Assembly (NCBI RefSeq): GCF_006345805.1
Contig: NC_043001.1
Coordinates: 42,098,001-42,162,000, forward strand
DNA length: 64,000 nt
Direction of reading: 5' to 3'
Source of the DNA: Octopus sinensis
Taxonomy: Eukaryota
Under the pieces are notes generated by a model. That model ran no database searches and was not told where the DNA came from. It saw only the letters and a list, made by a program, of their open reading frames with translations. Below, piece after piece: positions 25,055-38,345 of the stretch. Both the position numbers and the translations under genes were made by a program. Position 1 is the stretch's first letter; every line of letters begins with the position of its first letter.

Positions 25055-27479
25055 GACTACATCATTGAGCCAATGAGGAAACTTCTGTTCAGTCACTCAG
25101 TCTAGCTTAAAAAGAAGCCAAATCTCCAAATCACATACTACTACTCTGAAAAATGATAGATACATTGCATAATGCAGTCATAGATATATTGCAAAAAGAT
25201 AAGATGATCACAATGAACAGTCTTTGACTATAAGTATGTTTGATCACAACGTAGAGCTAAACAAGAATAATTACCTAATGAGCCAACAATATGGTCACTT
25301 AATTTCCTACAAATTGCATTTTATTGTTTTAGAAAGAGTAACAATAAATAATGTAGTCCAAGATACACTGTACCCAGGAAAAAAGATGAAATGGTTACAC
25401 CTGGAATACCTTTAATTGTAAGCCTCCTCAGTCAGAGATGTGCAAGAGCAAATATCATCATTATGATTTAATAATCTTCACTTATTTTCTACTTGTTGAC
25501 AAAATCAACTCACAATCTTAAAATTCCATACCAAATCTGCATATCTTTCATTCATGGGAGCTTTCAAAATGTCCTGTAGTGAGGCTATTGTGGAAATAAC
25601 AATTCTGTAGCTCTTACAAATAGTTGATTAAAAAGGTTCTGTAATGAAGCTGCCAAGACAGGGTTCATGATGGTGAACTATGGCTACTGTCCACTAGGTT
25701 GAGTAAATAGCCATTAGAACAACTTTGAAAAGCAGCAAATGAACGAATCAGCTGGTCTAGGCTCAAATTGCCTGACGAGAGCGAAGATGACATTTCACCC
25801 AGTCATCTTCAACATTGCATAGTTGGGGCTCAAAACATATCCTGGCAACTTCTAGAATGACCTATCATGAGATGTCTGGCTGCTGATTGGTCCATAACTC
25901 AGCCACTCATATGAACAAGATGTTGCAGTGTTGTGATTTTTACTTGGCAATTTGTTGATTCAGTTTCAAAGAGGCAAAGGCACTCTCTTAATTCTTTACT
26001 TGTGAATAATGTACTGCTGCTACAACTGTACTCCCTACATATGACAGCACTAGGCTTTTTTATATTTCATAGGAACTCCACATACAAGATGTAGTCACAA
26101 TTATATCTTTAAAATAGACAGGAGGAAAATATAGCTTTTTAAGGGTGCTACATTGTGAATATTGTAGTGGAACCTAATGAGTTACTTGATCAAATATCAA
26201 TAGAAAAATATGCAGTATTAATACCAATAGTTGGGGCAAATGCTTGTAGCTTTAGCTGATCTGGGAGCAATTTTATGTAGATTGTATCCTAATTACCTCA
26301 GTAAAATAAGAGTATAGAACTCTAAATGTATAAATGCCTTTCTGTCTTAAATCTGATTTTTAAATTTGAATTTAATGAGGATCAAAGCAATCAGGAATTA
26401 GTCTAGTGGATTGCCAATATATATCTCATCAGTTCAGCACTTTATAAATGGACTCATACGCTACTTCTTGTTGACCCACTATATATAGCTATGGTATTTG
26501 ATGAAAGCAAAATTTCAAACAGTATAAATATTCTATAAGTAATATTTTGTTAGCTTAATTGTAAGTTCAAATGAAGTCTGTTAAACATTTAGAATGAACT
26601 GGTGTCCTATTCAGGAGAAAAGATAGTTCTCAACAGTTTAAAGTAACAGTGGATAGAAAGGAAAATAGAAGTGACCAACATAATATTTGGAGAATGTGCT
26701 CTTAATATTATGTTTATTAGGTGTAACTGAAAAAGAAAAGGACTAAACCAATAGGTTTCTTTAGTAATAATAGCAAAAAAGACATGAAGACTTTTTTAAT
26801 TCATATATTTAAAGACTGCATGTGAAAAAGATTGTGAACAATATATAAGCATCCTTGTCTAGACTGTGACTATATAGGTTTAATACCATGCTCCATTTGA
26901 TACCTTCCCAATTGTGCATTTCATTAATTTGAGATGGGTCTTTTCTATTTACACAACTGATATAACAGCACAGTATTTTAGAGTATGTTTAAGCAATGCC
27001 TTATACTTAGCATCACCAGCTACTCATATGTGTAACTATTGTATTAAATGCAAAATTTTACCCAGAATTAAAATAGCACGCAGATAAGCACCCCACTCTC
27101 TGTTCACTTTCTCTTTCCTATCACATGCATTTTAATTTTTATTTTCTCTTAACGTTTCATTAGTACGATTTCTTTTAGTTTTTTTCCTCTATTTCTCTTA
27201 TATTTTATTTTTTGTTTGCAGATACTATTCCCCTCACATTTTTTGAATGACTTGAACATTACATATTTTCTAAACTGGCCATGATATTCTGCAAATAAAA
27301 TATTCATTTATTAAAAAAAAATTTGTTAAACATTTTATTATATGAAATATACAAAAAAAAACATTTCTAATAATTTGAAGTTTGAAATGCTATTATATAA
27401 CAATTCTGTTTAAACCAATCCATCAATTTTAAACTTTATACTTTAAAGAGAAAACTAGTATTTGTTGTTGGTTTTATCT

Positions 27480-28975
27480 CATATCCAAGTATTTATTTTC
27501 TTCTTTACTGAACACTTCCTTTATGGTGATACTGTTGATGACTCTGTAGACCAATTCTTGCATAGAAGAGACAATGGCATTGACTGGATGGCAATGTTGG
27601 TGGAGGATGAGGTTGATTTTGTCAAGCTCTTCTGTCATTTGATTTTTTCCTTTTTTTCTTCTGATGGCTTTGAAGTTTTTGGTTCCGATAGTGATGGAAC
27701 ACTGCCACTTATTACAGTCTCGGGTTTATGTTTCAGATGTTGCTTTGAGTTGGTCCTTGTACCTTCAAAGAGAGCAACCCCATGGTCCTTTTCCTGAAGT
27801 GAGCTTGCGGAATAAGACTTGGTGTGGGAACCTTGACTCTTCCATTCTTTCTACATGTCTTGACCATTGAAGATGGTGTTTCATGATCAGTGATTCAATA
27901 CTTTGTTGGTTCTTTCTAAGACTTTGTTGTTGGTTACACTGTGTTCCCATTTGATACTTAAGATTGAACGAAGCTTTTGTTGGTGAAAATGTTCAAACTT
28001 TTGGATGTTACGACGATATAGAGTCCAGATTTTGCAGCCAAATAGTAAAGTTGAGATGACAACAGCATTATAAACCATAATTTTAGTTGTTAAGTTAAGA
28101 TCTTTCTTGTTGAAAATGCATTTCCAAATACCCTGTGTGCAGCTCCAATTCTGTGTTCCACATCCTTTTCTGAGGTGCACTTGTTTGATAAAAGGCTGCT
28201 TAGATATGGAAAATGCTCTACTTTTTCAAGAGATGTATCCAAAATGGTGACACCAAAATCTAGTAAGATGGTATTTGGGGCTAGATGTGCAAGGACCTTT
28301 GTTTTCTTGATGTTTATTGTAAGGCCAAAGTGATGGTAGGCCATAGCAAAGTTGTTCACAGACTGTTGCAGTTCTTTTTTTGTATGATAGAAGGCAGCAT
28401 TTTCATCAGCATATTGAAGTTCTGAGACATGCTGCATGTGTGTTAGATGTTTAGACTGAAGTCTACTAAAAGTGAAAAGTCCTCCATCATATTGATATTT
28501 AATGTCAACTCCTGGTTTATCTGGAAGAACTTCATGAAGAATTGCAGCCAGATGCAAGGAGAATAGCACAGGTGCCAAGACACATCCTTGTTTTAGTCCC
28601 CACATAATTGGAAATTCTTCTGACAACATGTTCTGGAGGAATACACGTCCAGGCATATTGTCATGCATTGCTTGAACCAGAGGGACATCCAAAACAATGA
28701 CGACTCTTCTGCATAGCAATTCTTAGAACACTAACAATGCTTTTCCAAGTCATAGAAAACAAGAAAAGTGGATTTTTTATCATTCCCTGCTTTTCTCTTG
28801 GAGTTGCCTTGCACAGAAAATAGTGTTAACTAGTAGGGCCCATGAATATTTCACAGAATTAATAGTAAACTTATTGGGTTATTCTTGAAAACTTTATCCA
28901 AAAAACTTGAAAGTGTAGCCTGTTGTGTCTGACTCAAAAGATAGTCACTCATCTGCTATTCACTGAAAAGTGAAG
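27480..28975 (-). mobile_element. Decayed RTE (BovB-like) LINE RT and C-terminal region, 5'-truncated
   Basis: GLKQGCVLAPVLFS, ELQYADE, FGLTINIKKTKVL, LEKVEHFPYLSSLL, LQWSRHVERMEESRFPHQVLF. Frameshifts and stops. Confidence 0.92.
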
Positions 28976-29469
28976 AAAATTGGAATATAAGTGATTACTT
29001 AATGCACTTTATATATATACTTTATGCATAATTCTATAGGTTTAATAAACAGCACTCATAAAATAAACATTCACTCATATTTTTCCATTTTTACCATGAA
29101 CAGAAAAAATTACATTTAAAAATTTACATTATCACAATTTCATAGAAAACAAAAATTTATAGTAAAAAAAAATATCTTATATGTAAGATATAGGGGTCAC
29201 AATTTCACAGTCACTGGATCTTAAGAAAGCGACCATCACACATTCACTGCCAATATGCATATTTAGGACATGAAGCTTCCAGTTTCACCAAAACCTGCTC
29301 CCATCATCCATTCCCTATTACCATTGGGCTTTGCAGGAATTGGTTAGAAGTAGACAATCAGAGTAGAAGAAAGTGCCAACGGCATGGATTTGTTTAAAGT
29401 GGACCTCAACTTTCCAGGAAGTGTCCCACACACTTGACTTCATGACCTTCCTCTGCAGCACGTATAGAG

Positions 29470-30030
29470 TGAGACATGTAAGATCCAGTTATGAAATTGC
29501 AATGGGTTGGACAGTTTGACTGAGGCCTGGCAAGCCAGTGGACTGCACCTGGCTCCAATATGATCCAGCAATGTTTCTACAGCTGGATGCCCTTCCTGAC
29601 ACCAACCACTCCAAGAGTGTTGTGGGTGCTTTTTATGTTCTGTTATCATGGGAGCACTGGCATCAACCACATTCGGATGATGCTTTTTACATGCCACTAG
29701 CACAGGATCCAGTCAGGGGGCACTGGTATTGACCATGTTCAGATGGTGCTTTTTATGTGCCACTGGCACAGGAGCAAGTCAGAGAGCACTGGCATCGACC
29801 ACGTTTGGATGGTGCATTTTACATGTGACCAGCATGGGAGCCAGTCAGGCAGCACTAGCCATAGCTACAATTTCAATTTTACTTGACTCAACAGGTCTTC
29901 TCAAGCATATCAAGGGTACTTTTAAATGGGCTGATCATGCAACACTGGCATTGGCCATGGCTGCAATTTCACTTTACTTGCTGGGTCTTCTCAATCACCA
30001 GCAATGCCAACATGGAAGGTGAACATTCGA
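29470..30030 (-). mobile_element. RTE 3' UTR fragment with subrepeats
   Basis: ctacagctggatgcccttcc core and repeated ggtgctttttatgtgccactggcac units. Confidence 0.8.
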
Positions 30031-30052
30031 TAATGATGATGATGATGATGAT

Positions 30053-30200
30053 GGGCTTCTTTCAGTTTCTGTCTACCAAATCCATCCACAAGGCTTTGGT
30101 TGGCCTGAGGTTGTAGTAGAAAACATTTGTCCGAGTTACCACACTGTGGGACTGAACCTGGAACCATGTGGATGGGCAGCAAACTTCTTACCACATAGTC
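30053..30200 (-). mobile_element. SINE head and body
   Basis: gggcttctttcagtttctgtctaccaaatcc...gggactgaacctggaaccatgtgg. Confidence 0.8.
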
Positions 30201-31249
30201 AAACCTGTTCACCTTTGTTTACAAAAATTTTACTATCTATATAAACAAACAGTTCTGTCATATTGAATTAGAATTATGTTTATGTTTAAGTATTTGTAAG
30301 CAAGAGATGAACAACCACATTGCAAGAGATTATCTACTAGCTATATTAAACATAGTAATCTGGAGCAGGAATAAGTTGTGCATTTTTATTTTATTTTATT
30401 TTTTTTATTTATTTTCCGAAAAGCTTTACAAACATGCTTGAGGCCAATCCCATTATATAATACTGAGACCTACTTAGTTGTGGGCTTGCTTCAGGAGCTG
30501 CCTGAAGGTACTAGCAATCTGTACTGTCATCCTGGAACAGATACTTGAGGATACCGCATACTGATGGTGGTGGTGGTGGTGGTGGTTGGTAAGGACATCA
30601 CATCATGTTTCGAATCTTCCATTAACAAGGTGAAAATGTCAAAATAATAACAGAAATATGATAAAATATTTTTTCTTACATGTAGTAAATTGTAATAAAT
30701 ACTCTATTTCTTCATTTGCAACTTTTACAACCAGGCATGCTGTTGTTTTTCAATGATAAATCAAGCAGGCAGATTTTACAAGTGTGATCACTTATTTACA
30801 TCTTAGGACTACCAATATATAAATGTGATTAAAGAGACACTATATCCTGTTACACAGTCTGACAAAAGACTTTAGAATTATACCTGTAAGAGTGCTGAAA
30901 TTCAGCTTGCTCAAGCCCCCAGAAACCTTTGGATTGACCCAAGAAGGAAGGATACAGTAATGATTTCTAATATGGGTCATACATCAATTGAAGCAAATCT
31001 TGTATACTACTGGTATTTATTAATGTGATCTTTGTGGGACAAAACAGCAAAAACCTCTAGTGATATTAGAACTCGAAAAGTATAGGAGTGTAATTATATC
31101 TCACAAAGCATTTTATCCAGTGCTCTACTGATTCTACCATCCACCACCTTCATTTGAAAATGCATACTAACCATATTAAGCTAATAAGAGAAGCATCTAC
31201 ATGGTGGCTAGACTTGATAGAATTAAATCGCCCAACTTCACTCAAGATC

Positions 31250-31460
31250 TTTTATCTTTTACTTATTTCAGTCATTAGACTGCAGCTTTGAAATTTTAGT
31301 TGAATCAATCAATCCCAGTACTAACTTTTTAAGCTTGGTACTTATTCTATTGGTCTCTTTTGCTGAACCACCAAGTTACAGGGACACAAACACACCAACA
31401 CCAGTTGTCAATTGGTGATTGGAGGCAAACACAGATACAAAGACACAAACACACATATAT
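31250..31460 (-). mobile_element. SINE 3' tail fragment
   Basis: Reverse complement of the tail of 13349-13758 (tttcagtcattagactgc...gtacttattctattggtctcttttgctgaacc). Confidence 0.7.
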
Positions 31461-31473
31461 ATGTATGTATGTA

Positions 31474-33266
31474 TCATCATCATTATCATAATTGTTTAAC
31501 GTCTACTTTCCATGCTGGCATGGGTTGGATGGTTTGACTGAGGACTGGCAAGCTCGATGGCTGCACCAGGCTCTAATCTGATCTAGCAGAGTTTCTACAG
31601 CTGGATGCACTTCCTAACACCAACCACTCTGAAAGTGTAGTGGGTGCTTTTATGTACCACCAGCACAAGGGTCAGTCAGGCAGTACTGGCAATGGTGTTT
31701 TTTACATGCCACCTGCACAGGAGCCAGACCAGTGGCACTGGCAACGGCCAAGCCAGTAAGGTGATGCTGGTAATGATCACACTTGAATGGTGCTTTTTAC
31801 GTGCCACTGGCATGGGATCCAGTTAGCGGCCCTGGCAATGATCCCGCTCGGATGGTGCTCTTAACGTTCCACTAGCACAGATGCCAGTCAGGCAGTGCTG
31901 TCATCGGCAATGTCAGCAAATTTGATTTCGATTTCACTTGCCTCAACAGGTCTTCGCAAGCAGAGTTTAGTGTCCAATGAAAGAAACGTACGCATAAGTG
32001 GGCTGGTTACACCACTGACATAGGTCATGTGTTATATCTCACTTGGCTTGCCAGGTCTTCTCAAGCACAGTGTATTTCCAAAGGTCAGTCACACGTCATT
32101 GCCTTGATGGGGCCCAATGTTCAAAAGTTGTGCTTCACTACCTCATCCCAGGTCTTCCTCGGTCTACCTCTTCCACAGGTTCCCTCAACCGATAGGGTGT
32201 GACACTTTTTCACACAGCTATCCTCATCTATTCTCACCACATGACCATACCAGCGCAGTTGTCTCTCTTGCACACCACATCTGATGCTTCTTAGGTCCAA
32301 CTTTTCTCTCAAGGCACTTACACTCTGTCGTGTATGCATACTGACATTACACATCCAGCAGAGCATACTGGCTTCATTCCTTGCGAGCTTACGCATGTCC
32401 TCAGCAGTCACGGCCCATGTTTCACTACTGTGTAGCATGGCTGTTCGTACACATGCATCATACACTCTACCTTTTGCTCTGAGCAAGAGGCCCTTTGTCA
32501 CCAGCAGAGGTAGGAGCTCTCTGAACTTTGCCCAGGCTATTGTTATTCTAGCAGCTACACTTTCAGAACAACCACCCCTGCTACTGACTTGGCTACCTAG
32601 GTAACAGAACCTGTCAACTACTTGTAGTTTTTCTCCCTGGAAAGTGACAGAAGTTGTTCTCTGCACATTTTCAATGTTTATTGCACCTGAGCATTTGCCA
32701 CATACAAAAACTATCTTCCCAGTTAGCCTTCCTTTGATATTGCTGCACCTCTTAGGTGTCCATAACTTACACTGGGTACATCTTATAGAGTTTCTACCTA
32801 CGCCTTTTTTACAGATCAAGTAGGGCCATCTACCTGAAGGGATTTCTGGTTTGTCTGCCTTCCTACTTATTAAGACTTTGGTTTTAGCTAGGTTGACTCT
32901 AAGGCCCTTCCATTCTAATCCTTGCTTCCACATCTGAAACTTCTCCTCTTGTTCTGATAGTGACTCAGCAATTAGGGCCGTTATTACCTGGAGGACTATG
33001 ATAAATAGGAGGGGGCTGAGGACTGAACCTTGGTGGACCCAGCCTCTACCTTGAATTCTTTACTGTACTTGTTGCCAACCCTCACCTTACTGACAGCATC
33101 CTTGTACATGGCTTACACAGCTCTCACTAACCATTCATTTATCCCTAGTTTCCTCATTGACCACCAGATAAGGGATTGGGAGACCCTGTCAAAGACTTTC
33201 TACATGTCAATGAAAGCCAGGTACAGAGGTTTATCTTTGGCTAGGTATTTTTCCTGAAGCTGTCTT
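31474..33266 (-). mobile_element. 5'-truncated RTE LINE (RT C-half, C-terminus, 3' UTR); YADD segment deleted
   Basis: 270-aa ORF 32121-32933 is nearly collinear with the copy at 40272-41015. The EEFKTGCPWELLYADDL segment is missing near 32985. Confidence 0.95.
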
Positions 33267-33994
33267 ATATATATATATATATATGACAGGCTTTTTTCAG
33301 TTTTCTCTTTACCATACAGCCACTTCTCTTATAAAAGGAAAGACGCATTTGATAATATAGTCCAAGATACACTGTGACCTGATCAAAACGCTTTTGATCA
33401 GAGGTCTTTCTGTCGAAACTGGCTGGGAGTGGCATCTAAACAACAATAACAATATAATAATAAAAACTGACAAAAGATTAATCTTTTCACGCATTAATAG
33501 ACATAGTGTTGACACCAGTAGTAGTCTTCTATCACTGGCAACCATTAAAGATTTGATAAAGAAGCAGCAGCAGCAATTTTCCTGATATACATTCATTTAA
33601 TAATTATATTTAATAAATTTGATAAAATCATATTTTAAATTCCTTTAAAAAAGAAAATTCACAACAAATATTCCATGAACTAATCTATCAATCAATCTAA
33701 AACTATTCAAAAAATACATTGAGTCCTAATTTTGCCAAATTTTTACAAAAAGTGCCAAGTGAGACATCTGATGCCTTTTCTTTTCTGACTTATATATTAC
33801 CTATTCAATCAATATCCACATATACACTCAATGTACAGAAATATTCCCTTCTAGAAGCTTCTATAGCTAACTTAAGTTTAATGTAATTTTATTCTTTTAA
33901 TTGGAGTTTTATTTGTCAAGATTGAAGATGAAATTTTAAGAGTATCCAAAATTATGATGCATCTTAAAATGGATTAAACTAATAGATGAAAGTA

Positions 33995-34040
33995 TAATAA
34001 TAATAATAATAATGATGATGATGATGATGATGATGATAAT

Positions 34041-34122
<82 letters not shown>
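33995..34122. repeat. (AAT)n/(GAT)n trinucleotide microsatellite
   Basis: Read directly from the sequence. Confidence 0.95.
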
Positions 34123-34125
<3 letters not shown>

Positions 34126-34851
34126 GCCTATTTTAAAAAGCATCAACACATTCTGGAGATTTTATATAATTTCTATTATACACCACATAAATCTGAAAAA
34201 AAAATCCTTAACCTTCCAATAATTTTGACTTCATGAAGCTTATCAAAGAAATATAGATTTGCAATAGCATTGTTGATAAGCTATCAAGCTTCTCAGATGG
34301 AGAATTGTGAGTGAACATCTGGTTAGTGATGCTATTGTTGTTGCTATATTTTTTTTTATTATTACTATTGTTACTGAACTGTCTTGATCAGCTCTGCTGG
34401 AGTACAAAAATTATGACAATAAGCAGTTTTATTCAATACAGATAGACTATAACAGCTTTGAGAGTCCATATTTTTCAATGTAATAATGTAGTGTTCTATA
34501 GTTGTGAATTGCTTACAGTTGTTGCAAATAGGACTGGTTTTAAGTTGCGGCTTAGTACCAAGCAGAGTGCATAAATTTGATATGTATTTTTTGGCACTCT
34601 TGACAGCCTCACAGTTACCAATAGCTTAAGACCTCAACATACCAAGGACCAATATGTTCATGTTTTGTGAAAGTATTTTGCTTTATATCCCATGCTGGTT
34701 TATGCCTCAAAGTTATGATTTATTACAATATTCCAATATTTGACTATGAACTATGATAACTTGATCCCAGTATATTTACAGCTGCTTAGATTCTTGAGCC
34801 CAAAGAAATGAAAAACAAAGTTGATTTAAATTGGATTTCAATATAGAACTG

Positions 34852-35356
34852 AGGTGGCCTCGACCTGGGATGTAGCCAGTCCACTTATGCATACCTTCCT
34901 TCTTGGGACACAAAACTCTACTTGTGAAGACCTGTTGAGGCAAGTGAGAATCAAAATCGAAATCGATCAACATCAATGGAAATTGTAGCTGTGATACCAG
35001 TGCCGGTGGCACGTAAGCAAACCATCTGAACGTGGCCATTGCCATCCTCGCCTGGCCTCCATGCCGGTGGCACGTAAAAAGCACCATCTGATTGTGGCCG
35101 TTGCCAGCCTCGCCTGGCCCCCGTGCCGGTGGCACATAAAAAGCATCATTCGACCATGGCTGTTTGCCAGCCCCGTCTGGCACCCACTACACTCACGGAG
35201 TGGTTGGCATTAGGAAGGGCATCCAACCATAGAAGCATTGCCAGATCAGACGGCCTGGTGCAGCCTTCTGGCCTCTCCCAGACCCCAGTTGAACCGTCCA
35301 ACCCATGCTAGCATGGAAAGTGGACGCTAAATGATGATGATGATGATGATGATGAT
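34852..35356 (+). mobile_element. RTE 3' UTR-only copy with (GAT)n tail
   Basis: Three gtgccggtggcac subrepeats, ggcattaggaagggcatcc, ends aaatgatgatgatg. Confidence 0.9.
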
Positions 35357-37736
35357 GGTTTCATCTGATTTGTTCTTTTTGTAAGGGTTTAGCCCTTTTG
35401 TTTTGCACTGTGCAGGATTAGTAATATTCCCATATTACTGGTAGCATAATGTGTTCTGGACAAGATACTCAATAGTTTCTCTCAACTTCTCAAATCAAAA
35501 AAAAAAAAGAAAAACCCCAGTATAACTATCACAGTGTGACACTAAACTAATGGAAAACTGATGAACAGTGTACAAATAGTTGATTTCTGAGAGTGAAACA
35601 GCAAAAGGCAGAAAGAGAATAGATTCTAGTGAAAATTTCCTTAATAAATCCACTTAATTTGTTATGTAGCAGAGTAACCTACTATTTCTGTTTCCATGTA
35701 GGATGCAGTAAAGGTTTGACCTGTTATAAACTGCAGCTTGCTGAGTGGAAATTATTACAACTGAACTTGTTTGTGAGAAAGAAAAGTAAATTTAAAATGT
35801 CAACATTTTACTTGCTATTAGTATTGTATTCAAATGATTTAAAATTATTTTTTAATAGTGCAACTGTTGTCCTCATTTTAGCCTATAGTTATAAAAGCAG
35901 AAGCTTGCTGAAGCAATTTTTTATTATTGTATTATAATCATTTTTCACACTCCTGTATATGGAATAATGTTCATTGTTAGATGTTCCTTCTGTTAAGAAG
36001 TCATCTGTGAAATAGGAAGGGAAAATATTGAGAGATCAGAAAATTTCCCATAGATCATTCCACTACAGCATACATTTCAGGTGTACCCAAAGTTCACTTA
36101 TATCTCTGACACTTTAACTTCTAAGTATTAGTTACTGATACTTTTAATTAAACACAGTCCAATGCAGTTTAATACTGCACTTCATTCTTCTTTAACCTTC
36201 TGCACACAAGGGTCAACCAAACGAACATTACTTCCATCAACAGACACCTCCAAAACATCTTCCAATGAAAATGTAGTAGAAAGATAACAAAATAATTCTG
36301 GCTTTATTCTGGTTAATATTTTACTATTTCAGGGTATTCCAGGACTTTCACCTGTTCTTAACTCAAAGAAAAAGCAAAGGAATTCAAATTTTGAAGGCCA
36401 TCAGCAGCGTAATTGCTCTCTTCTTCCTCATTTCTTTTTAACATCAAGCATCCTCTGTCCAGATGTCAATTAAGCTGTCTATCTTAGGCTATCACAATAC
36501 ACATGATACTTTTATTTCAAGGTTATTATCACTGGAACACCTAATAAATGTGTGTTATGTTGCTATATTGCACATTGATAAAACTATCCTATATTACAGA
36601 CAACATCTATATATTTTAGTCAACATAGTATATAGTAGAGAGATGCAAACACCTTGTCCACACGCAAAACACATACTTGTGGTTAGAGAGTGTCTACATA
36701 ATCCACAGCTATAGATTCACTTGTTGGAATTGTCTCAACTCATCCTGGACATATACTGATACAAGCACAGACGCGTATGAGTAACTTTACAGACAGAAAA
36801 AGAGATTATCAGCCTGACTAGCTCCAATCCCATGTTGGAATTTCATCTGCAATTAGTATCCTCATTAACTGTTCATAAACTCACTATTTCTGAGGGAGTA
36901 AGTAAATCAGCTAGATTGATCTGCACATATATAATGTATTGTTGTCAGCTAGTTCAATTAATAAATTACTTGTGATTAGGACTAGGGAAAAACTGGATGG
37001 TGTGGAAGGACTTATTGCTGTGAGAGCTGATAGATGAGGATACATGATTAGCTGAACTCACATTCAGGCTGGTTGGAGAACAAAGAGAGAAGGAAAAAGA
37101 GAGGGATTGTAAATAATTATTCAACACTTGCATATGCACACACTCACACACACACACACAGGCATGTGCATTAGGTCAGTCTAGAAAGAAAAAACAAAGA
37201 TGAGGGTAGGAAGGACTAGTAGGAGATTTCTGATCTTCATACATATGCACATGCACACACACACACGCGCGCGCACGCGTGCGCGCACACACACACCAAC
37301 AGAGTGACAAGTTGCTAGATAGCAGTTGGAAAGATGGACTGAAGAGGGAAGAGGGGAGAGTGTGAGAAGAGGATTGTGCCAAGAGGAGAAAAGAGAAAGA
37401 AAAAAAGAAAGAGAATGAGAAGAACAAGGAGGGGAAAGTTTGTAAATTACTGTTCTTCTCTTACATACATACATGTAATCATACATGCACGTATACATAC
37501 AGTTAAACCAGCTAAGTGGCAAGTGACTAACTTGAAAGGTGAACTGGAAAGAGAGATGAGGAGGTAAGGGTGTAGACACATTACAGCACTAAATTCAAAT
37601 GTTAAGGATGCAATATTCTTTACAAAATGAAATGTGATGTTATGGGTGTACACTGTATCATAATATATAAATTAAGCTATCTCAGAGCAGAACAAGACTG
37701 CAGCAGTATCTGTGATCATATACTGCCACTCTATTA

Positions 37737-37768
<32 letters not shown>

Positions 37769-38149
37769 GAAAGAAAGTAACTTACTAGTCCATCCAGCCC
37801 TCATATTTCTTCTGCTCTGGTTTCTCAATTTTAATTTTTTTTCTTTCTAGATTGGCCTAAGGCATGTTTATGTGCTGTCTAGATACATAAGCCCTACTCT
37901 TCCGTCTTGCCATGTTCTTCTTTATTGACATCTACTAAAATCAACCTGTATGCAAATTAAACACTTGTATGCTCTCATCTCTCTCTATCATCACAGGAGA
38001 AGGTCCTTCCACACCAACTTTTTTTTTCCAATCTGAAGAACTGACCATATGCCAAGAAAAACTCTGGAGTAACAAGCTACTGGATTAGCTAAAATAAACT
38101 ATATATTATATCTTAGTCTTAGTTCCTCCTGCTCCTAATTGAACCTTGG

Positions 38150-38345
38150 TTGATAAAAGATCTCCCAGCATAATCACAAGCCTTGTTATGAGTCTTGCTC
38201 CTAGATCAGGAGGTCCTTTCCACAGTCCTCAGCCAGGTCTTGAGAGGTCTACCTCACCTCTGGTTTTCCTCTTCAGAATGGGTCTCACCAGCCCTTTTTC
38301 AGAATGCATATCACTTGTCCAAGCATTTTCTACGATCTCACACTG
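38150..38345 (-). mobile_element. Old RTE-type LINE C-terminal remnant
   Basis: Minus-strand MLGQV...RGKP...DLAEDCGKDL resembles the WxGHV...RGRPxxTW C-terminal motif. Confidence 0.4.
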
